From Auanema rhodensis (Eukaryota; Animalia; Nematoda), in the NCBI GenBank assembly GCA_964057225.1, contig OZ059894.1, forward strand, positions 744,001 through 808,000: a DNA stretch of 64,000 nt, given 5' to 3'. The notes under the pieces are model-generated. The model saw only the letters and a program-made list of their open reading frames with translations, did not search any database and was not told the DNA's origin. Made by a program: the position numbers and the translations under genes. Shown piece after piece: positions 55,772-64,000 of this stretch (positions within the stretch are counted from its first letter, which is position 1; the number at the start of each line of letters is the position of its first letter).

Positions 55772-58059
55772 CATGGTTACCATGAACCAATATCAATAAA
55801 AATTTGTTTTTAGACTAATATGGACATGGGGAATCTAATTTTGAAAACCGCATCTCTTTATCTTTCACGTGAAGCGAGTTACATACCAAGTGCACATCAC
55901 GTGTACATTCAATTAGCATAAATTAAAGTTCACGTAAATTTCAAAGTCATGGTTACCATGCACCAATATCAATAAAAATTTGTTTTTAGACTAATATGGA
56001 CATGGGGAATCTAATTTTGAAAACCGCATCTCTTTATCTTTCACGTGAAGCGAGTTACATACCAAGTGCACATCACGTGTACATTTAATTAGCATAAATT
56101 AAAGTTCACGTAAATTTCAAAGTCTTGGTTACCATGCACCAATATCAATAAAAATTTGTTTTTAGACTAATATGGACATGGGGAATCTAATTTTGAAAAC
56201 CGCATCTCTTTATCTTTCACGTGAAGCGAGTTACATACCAAGTGCACATCACGTGTACATTTAATTAGCATAAATTAAAGTTCACGTAAATTTCAAAGTC
56301 ATGGTTACCATGCACCAATATCAATAAAAATTTGTTTTTAGACTAATATGGACATGGGGAATCTAATTTTGAAAACCGCATCTCTTTATCTTTCACGTGA
56401 AGCGAGTTACATACCAAGTGCACATCACGTGTACATTTAATTAGCATAAATTAAAGTTCACGTAAATTTCAAAGTCATGGTTACCATGCACCAATATCAA
56501 TAAAAATTTGTTTTTAGACTAATATGGACATGGGGAATCTAATTTTGAAAACCGCATCTCTTTATCTCTCACGTGAAGCGAGTTACATACCAAGTGCACA
56601 TCACGTGTACATTTAATTAGCATAAATTAAAGTTCACGTAAATTTATGCGTCATGGTTACCATGCACCAATATCAATAAAAATTTGTTTTTAGACTAATA
56701 TGGACATGGGGAATCTAATTTTGAAAACCGCATCTCTTTATCTTTCACGTGAAGCGAGTTACATACCAAGTGCACATCACGTGTACGTTTAATTAGCATA
56801 AATTAAAGTTCACGTAAATTTCAAAGTCATGGTTACCATGAACCAATATCAATAAAAATTTGTTTTTAGACTAATATGGACATGGGGAATCTAATTTTGA
56901 AAACCGCATCTCTTTATCTTTCACGTGAAGCGAGTTACATACCAAGTGCACATCACGTGTACATTTAATTAGCATAAATTAAAGTTCACGTAAATTTCAA
57001 AGTCATGGTTACCATGCACTAATATCAATAAAAATTTGTTTTTAGACTAATATGGAGATGGGGAATCTAATTTTGAAAACCGCATCTCTTTATCTTTCAC
57101 GTGAAGCGAGTTACATACCAAGTGCACATCACGTGTACATTTAATTAGCATAAATTAAAGTTCACGTAAATTTCAAAGTCATGGTTACCATGAACCAATA
57201 TCAATAAAAATTTGTTTTTAGACTAAAATGGACATGGGGAATCTAATTTTGAAAACCGCATCTCTTTATCTTTCACGTGAAGCGAGTTACATACCAAGTG
57301 CACATCACGTGTACATTCAATTAGCATAAATTAAAGTTCACGTAAATTTCAAAGTCATGGTTACCATGCACCAATATCAATAAAAATTTGTTTTTAGACT
57401 AATATGGACATGGGGAATCTAATTTTGAAAACCGCATCTCTTTATCTTTCACGTAAAGCGAGTTACATACCAAGTGCACATCACGTGTACATTTAATTAG
57501 CATAAATTAAAGTTCACGTAAATTTCAAAGTCATGGTTACCATGCACCAATATCAATTAAAATTTGTTTTTAGACTAATATGGACATGGGGAATCTAATT
57601 TTGGAAACCGCATCTCCTTATCTTTCACGTGAAGCGAGTTACATACCAAGTGCACATCACGTGTACATTTAATTAGCATAAATTAAAGTTCACGTAAATT
57701 TCAAAGTCATGGTTACCATGCACCAATATCAATAAAAATTTGTTTTTAGACTAATATGGAGATGGGGAATCTAATTTTGAAAACCGCATCTCTTTATCTT
57801 TCACGTGAAGCGAGTTACATAGCAAGTGCACATCACGTGTACATTTAATTAGCATAAATTAAAGTTCACGTAAATTTCAAAGTCATGGTTACCATGAACC
57901 AATATCAATAAAAATTTGTTTTTAGACTAATATGGACATGGGGAATCTAATTTTGAAAACCGCATCTCTTTATCTTTCACGTGAAGCGAGTTACATACCA
58001 AGTGCACATCACGTGTACATTTAATTAGCATAAATTAAAGTTCACGTAAATTTCAAAGT

Positions 58060-61000
58060 CTTGGTTACCATGCACCAATATCAATAAAAATTTGTTTTTA
58101 GACTAATATGGACATGGGGAATCTAATTTTGAAAACCGCATCTCTTTATCTTTCACGTGAAGCGAGTTACATACCAAGTGCACATCACGTGTACATTTAA
58201 TAAGAATAAATTAAAGTTCACGTAAATTTCAAAGTCATGGTTACCATGAACCAATATCAATAAAAATTTGTTTTTAGACTAATATGGACATGGGGAATCT
58301 AATTGTGAAAACCGCATCTCTTTATCTTTCACGTGAAGCGAGTTACATACCAAGTGCACATCACGTGTACATTTAATTAGCATAAATTAAAGTTCACGTA
58401 AATTTCAAAGTCATGGTTACCATGAACCAATATCAATAAAAATTTGTTTTTAGACTAATATGGACATGGGGAATCTAATTTTGAAAACTGCATCTCTTTA
58501 TCTTTCACGTGAAGCGAGTTACATACCAAGTGCACATCACGTGTACATTCAATTAGCATAAATTAAAGTTCACGTAAATTTCAAAGTCATGGTTACCATG
58601 CACCAATATCAATAAAAATTTGTTTTTAGACTAATATGGACATGGGGAATCTAATTTTGAAAACCGCATCTCTTTATCTTTCACGTGAAGCGAGTTACAT
58701 ACCAAGTGCACATCACGTGTACATTTAATTAGCATAAATTAAAGTTCACGTAAATTTCAAAGTCTTGGTTACCATGCACCAATATCAATAAAAATTTGTT
58801 TTTAAACTAATATGGACATGGGGAATCTAATTTTGAAAACCGCATCTCTTTATCTTTCACGTGAAGCGAGTTACATACCAAGTGCACATCACGTGTACAT
58901 TTAATAAGAATAAATTAAAGTTCACGTAAATTTCAAAGTCATGGTTACCATGAACCAATATCAATAAAAATTTGTTTTTAGACTAATATGGACATGGGGA
59001 ATCTAATTGTGAAAACCGCATCTCTTTATCTTTCACGTGAAGCGAGTTACATACCAAGTGCACATCACGTGTACATTTAATTAGCATAAATTAAAGTTCA
59101 CGTAAATTTCAAAGTCATGGTTACCATGCACCAATATCAATAAAAATTTGTTTTTAGACTAATATGGACATGGGGAATCTAATTTTGAAAACCGCATCTC
59201 TTTATCTTTCACGTGAAGCGAGTTACATACCAAGTGCACATCACGTGTACATTTAATTAGCATAAATTAAAGTTCACGTAAATTTCAAAGTCATGGTTAC
59301 CATGAACCAATATCAATAAAAATTTGTTTTTAGACTAATATGGACATGAGGATTCTAATTTTGAAAACCGCATCTCTTTATCTTTCACGTGAAGCGAGTT
59401 ACATACCAAGTGCACATCACGTGTACATTTAATTAGCATAAATTAAAGTTCACGTAAATTTCAAAGTCATGGTTACCATGAACCAATATCAATAAAAATT
59501 TGTTTTTAGACTAATATGGACATGGGGAATCTAATTTTGAAAACCGCATCTCTTTATCTTTCACGTGAAGCGAGTTACATACCAAGTGCACATCACGTGT
59601 ATATTTAATTAGCATAAATTAAAGTTCACGTAAATTTCAAAATCATGGTTACCATGAATTAATATCAATAAAAATTTGTTTTTAGACTAATATGGACATG
59701 GGGAATCTAATTTTGAAAACCGCATCTCTTTATCTTTCACGTGAAGCGAGTTACATACCAAGTGCACATCACGTGTACATTTAATTAGCATAAATTAAAG
59801 TTCACGTAAATTTCAAAGTCTTGGTTACCATGCACCAATATCAATAAAAATTTGTTTTTAGACTAATATGGACATGGGGAATCTAATTTTGAAAACCGCA
59901 TCTCTTTATCTTTCACGTGAAGCGAGTTACATACCAAGTGCACATCACGTGTACATTTAATAAGAATAAATTAAAGTTCACGTAAATTTCAAAGTCATGG
60001 TTACCATGAACCAATATCAATAAAAATTTGTTTTTAGACTAATATGGACATGGGGAATCTAATTGTGAAAACCGCATCTCTTTATCTTTCACGTGAAGCG
60101 AGTTACATACCAAGTGCACATCACGTGTACATTTAATTAGCATAAATTAAAGTTCACGTAAATTTCAAAGTCATGGTTACCATGAACCAATATCAATAAA
60201 AATTTGTTTTTAGACTAATATGGACATGGGGAATCTAATTTTGAAAACTGCATCTCTTTATCTTTCACGTGAAGCGAGTTACATACCAAGTGCACATCAC
60301 GTGTACATTCAATTAGCATAAATTAAAGTTCACGTAAATTTCAAAGTCATGGTTACCATGCACCAATATCAATAAAAATTTGTTTTTAGACTAATATGGA
60401 CATGGGGAATCTAATTTTGAAAACCGCATCTCTTTATCTTTCACGTGAAGCGAGTTACATACCAAGTGCACATCACGTGTACATTTAATTAGCATAAATT
60501 AAAGTTCACGTAAATTTCAAAGTCTTGGTTACCATGCACCAATATCAATAAAAATTTGTTTTTAAACTAATATGGACATGGGGAATCTAATTTTGAAAAC
60601 CGCATCTCTTTATCTTTCACGTGAAGCGAGTTACATACCAAGTGCACATCACGTGTACATTTAATAAGAATAAATTAAAGTTCACGTAAATTTCAAAGTC
60701 ATGGTTACCATGAACCAATATCAATAAAAATTTGTTTTTAGACTAATATGGACATGGGGAATCTAATTGTGAAAACCGCATCTCTTTATCTTTCACGTGA
60801 AGCGAGTTACATACCAAGTGCACATCACGTGTACATTTAATTAGCATAAATTAAAGTTCACGTAAATTTCAAAGTCATGGTTACCATGCACCAATATCAA
60901 TAAAAATTTGTTTTTAGACTAATATGGACATGGGGAATCTAATTTTGAAAACCGCATCTCTTTATCTTTCACGTGAAGCGAGTTACATACCAAGTGCACA

Positions 61001-61579
61001 TCACGTGTACATTTAATTAGCATAAATTAAAGTTCACGTAAATTTCAAAGTCATGGTTACCATGAACCAATATCAATAAAAATTTGTTTTTAGACTAATA
61101 TGGACATGAGGATTCTAATTTTGAAAACCGCATCTCTTTATCTTTCACGTGAAGCGAGTTACATACCAAGTGCACATCACGTGTACATTTAATTAGCATA
61201 AATTAAAGTTCACGTAAATTTCAAAGTCATGGTTACCATGAACCAATATCAATAAAAATTTGTTTTTAGACTAATATGGACATGGGGAATCTAATTTTGA
61301 AAACCGCATCTCTTTATCTTTCACGTGAAGCGAGTTACATACCAAGTGCACATCACGTGTATATTTAATTAGCATAAATTAAAGTTCACGTAAATTTCAA
61401 AATCATGGTTACCATGAATTAATATCAATAAAAATTTGTTTTTAGACTAATATGGACATGGGGAATCTAATTTTGAAAACCGCATCTCTTTATCTTTCAC
61501 GTGAAGCGAGTTACATACCAAGTGCACATCACGTGTACATTTAATTAGCATAAATTAAAGTTCACGTAAATTTCAAAGT
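58060..61579 (+). repeat. Tandem 10-mer duplication (2 x 1760 bp)
   Basis: Rare markers TGAGGATT, GTATAT/AAAATC and GAATTAAT at 59292/59468/59644 and 61052/61228/61404. No difference between copies was noticed. Confidence 0.92.
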
Positions 61580-63867
61580 CTTGGTTACCATGCACCAATA
61601 TCAATAAAAATTTGTTTTTAGACTAATATGGACATGGGGAATCTAATTTTGAAAACCGCATCTCTTTATCTTTCACGTGTAGCGAGTTACATACCAAGTG
61701 CACATCACGTGTACATTTAATTAGCATAAATTAAAGTTCACGTAAATTTCAAAGTCATGGTTACCATGCACCAATATCAATAAAAATTTGTTTTTAGACT
61801 AATATGGACATGGGGAATCTAATTTTGAAAACCGCATCTCTTTATCTTTCACGTGAAGCGAGTTACATACCAAGTGCACATCACGTGTACATTTAATTAG
61901 CATAAATTAAAGTTCACGTAAATTTCAAAGTCATGGTTACCATGCACCAATATCAATAAAAATTTGTTTTTAGACTAATATGGACATGGGGAATCTAATT
62001 TTGAAAACCGCATCTCTTTATCTCTCACGTGAAGCGAGTTACATACCAAGTGCACATCACGTGTACATTTAATTAGCATAAATTAAAGTTCACGTAAATT
62101 TATGCGTCATGGTTACCATGCACCAATATCAATAAAAATTTGTTTTTAGACTAATATGGACATGGGGAATCTAATTTTGAAAACCGCATCTCTTTATCTT
62201 TCACGTGAAGCGAGTTACATACCAAGTGCACATCACGTGTACGTTTAATTAGCATAAATTAAAGTTCACGTAAATTTCAAAGTCATGGTTACCATGAACC
62301 AATATCAATAAAAATTTGTTTTTAGACTAATATGGACATGGGGAATCTAATTTTGAAAACCGCATCTCTTTATCTTTCACGTGAAGCGAGTTACATACCA
62401 AGTGCACATCACGTGTACATTTAATTAGCATAAATTAAAGTTCACGTAAATTTCAAAGTCATGGTTACCATGCACTAATATCAATAAAAATTTGTTTTTA
62501 GACTAATATGGAGATGGGGAATCTAATTTTGAAAACCGCATCTCTTTATCTTTCACGTGAAGCGAGTTACATACCAAGTGCACATCACGTGTACATTTAA
62601 TTAGCATAAATTAAAGTTCACGTAAATTTCAAAGTCATGGTTACCATGAACCAATATCAATAAAAATTTGTTTTTAGACTAAAATGGACATGGGGAATCT
62701 AATTTTGAAAACCGCATCTCTTTATCTTTCACGTGAAGCGAGTTACATACCAAGTGCACATCACGTGTACATTCAATTAGCATAAATTAAAGTTCACGTA
62801 AATTTCAAAGTCATGGTTACCATGCACCAATATCAATAAAAATTTGTTTTTAGACTAATATGGACATGGGGAATCTAATTTTGAAAACCGCATCTCTTTA
62901 TCTTTCACGTAAAGCGAGTTACATACCAAGTGCACATCACGTGTACATTTAATTAGCATAAATTAAAGTTCACGTAAATTTCAAAGTCATGGTTACCATG
63001 CACCAATATCAATTAAAATTTGTTTTTAGACTAATATGGACATGGGGAATCTAATTTTGGAAACCGCATCTCCTTATCTTTCACGTGAAGCGAGTTACAT
63101 ACCAAGTGCACATCACGTGTACATTTAATTAGCATAAATTAAAGTTCACGTAAATTTCAAAGTCATGGTTACCATGCACCAATATCAATAAAAATTTGTT
63201 TTTAGACTAATATGGAGATGGGGAATCTAATTTTGAAAACCGCATCTCTTTATCTTTCACGTGAAGCGAGTTACATAGCAAGTGCACATCACGTGTACAT
63301 TTAATTAGCATAAATTAAAGTTCACGTAAATTTCAAAGTCATGGTTACCATGAACCAATATCAATAAAAATTTGTTTTTAGACTAATATGGACATGGGGA
63401 ATCTAATTTTGAAAACCGCATCTCTTTATCTTTCACGTGAAGCGAGTTACATACCAAGTGCACATCACGTGTACATTTAATTAGCATAAATTAAAGTTCA
63501 CGTAAATTTCAAAGTCTTGGTTACCATGCACCAATATCAATAAAAATTTGTTTTTAGACTAATATGGACATGGGGAATCTAATTTTGAAAACCGCATCTC
63601 TTTATCTTTCACGTGAAGCGAGTTACATACCAAGTGCACATCACGTGTACATTTAATAAGAATAAATTAAAGTTCACGTAAATTTCAAAGTCATGGTTAC
63701 CATGAACCAATATCAATAAAAATTTGTTTTTAGACTAATATGGACATGGGGAATCTAATTGTGAAAACCGCATCTCTTTATCTTTCACGTGAAGCGAGTT
63801 ACATACCAAGTGCACATCACGTGTACATTTAATTAGCATAAATTAAAGTTCACGTAAATTTCAAAGT
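61580..63867 (+). repeat. 13-monomer block duplicating 56124-58411 (offset 5456 bp)
   Basis: Rare markers CTAAAAT, CGTAAAG, CAATTAA/TTGGAA/CTCCTT and CATAGC are colinear in both copies. Confidence 0.9.
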
Positions 63868-64000
63868 CATGGTTACCATGCACCAATATCAATAAAAATT
63901 TGTTTTTAGACTAATATGGACATGGGGAATCTAATTTTGAAAACCGCATCTCTTTATCTTTCACGTGAAGCGAGTTACATACCAAGTGCACATCACGTGT

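Larger units (their letters stand above)
1..64000 (+). repeat. 176-bp tandem satellite DNA array, 363 full monomers + 1 partial, single orientation (candidate centromeric/pericentromeric satellite)
   Basis: CATGGTTACCATG recurs at 1, 177, 353, 529, 705, 881 ... 63868. The last start fits 363 x 176 minus 21 one-base deletions, and I located all 21. No non-repeat sequence is seen. Centromeric function is inferred only from monomer size and homogeneity. Confidence 0.99.
40284..64000 (+). repeat. Array domain C: indel-free domain with long (8-21 monomer) duplications
   Basis: Markers AATAAGAATA, AATTGTGA, TTTATGCGTC, GTCTTGG, AAACTGC, ATTCAATT, CCGAATC. Monomer starts are exactly 176 apart from 40108 to 63868 (135 units). 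Confidence 0.9.

Noticed and set aside
1-64000. CRISPR array
   Set aside because: No unique spacers; the entire 176-bp unit is repeated, and no cas genes or leader are present.
1-64000. Hidden insertion, transposon, inversion or unique island
   Set aside because: Monomer phase is fully accounted for from 1 to 63868 by 176-bp steps and 21 single-base deletions, leaving no room for inserted sequence.

Overview
The whole 64 kb window is one uninterrupted, head-to-tail tandem satellite array of an AT-rich (~32% GC) 176-bp monomer: 363 complete copies plus a 133-bp partial copy (63868-64000). Consensus: CATGGTTACCATG[C/A]ACCAATATCAATAAAAATTTGTTTTTAGACTAATATGGACATGGGGAATCTAATTTTGAAAACCGCATCTCTTTATCTTTCACGTGAAGCGAGTTACATACCAAGTGCACATCACGTGTACATTTAATTAGCATAAATTAAAGTTCACGTAAATTTCAAAGT. 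Below, 'pos N' means position in this monomer. Copies typically differ from consensus by 0-5 bases. I see no credible gene, RNA gene, transposon insertion, inversion or CRISPR array, and I cannot name the organism or satellite family. Length and homogeneity fit a eukaryotic (peri)centromeric-type satellite, which is inference. The informative signal lies in the variants: three domains with different diagnostic variant sets (1-29387, 29388-40283, 40284-64000), nested and irregular higher-order repeats (HORs), hybrid monomers that mark crossovers, a monomer dense in dyad symmetries and E-box motifs, and multi-base mutations that look templated by neighbouring inverted repeats. All variant calls were read by eye and should be confirmed by alignment.
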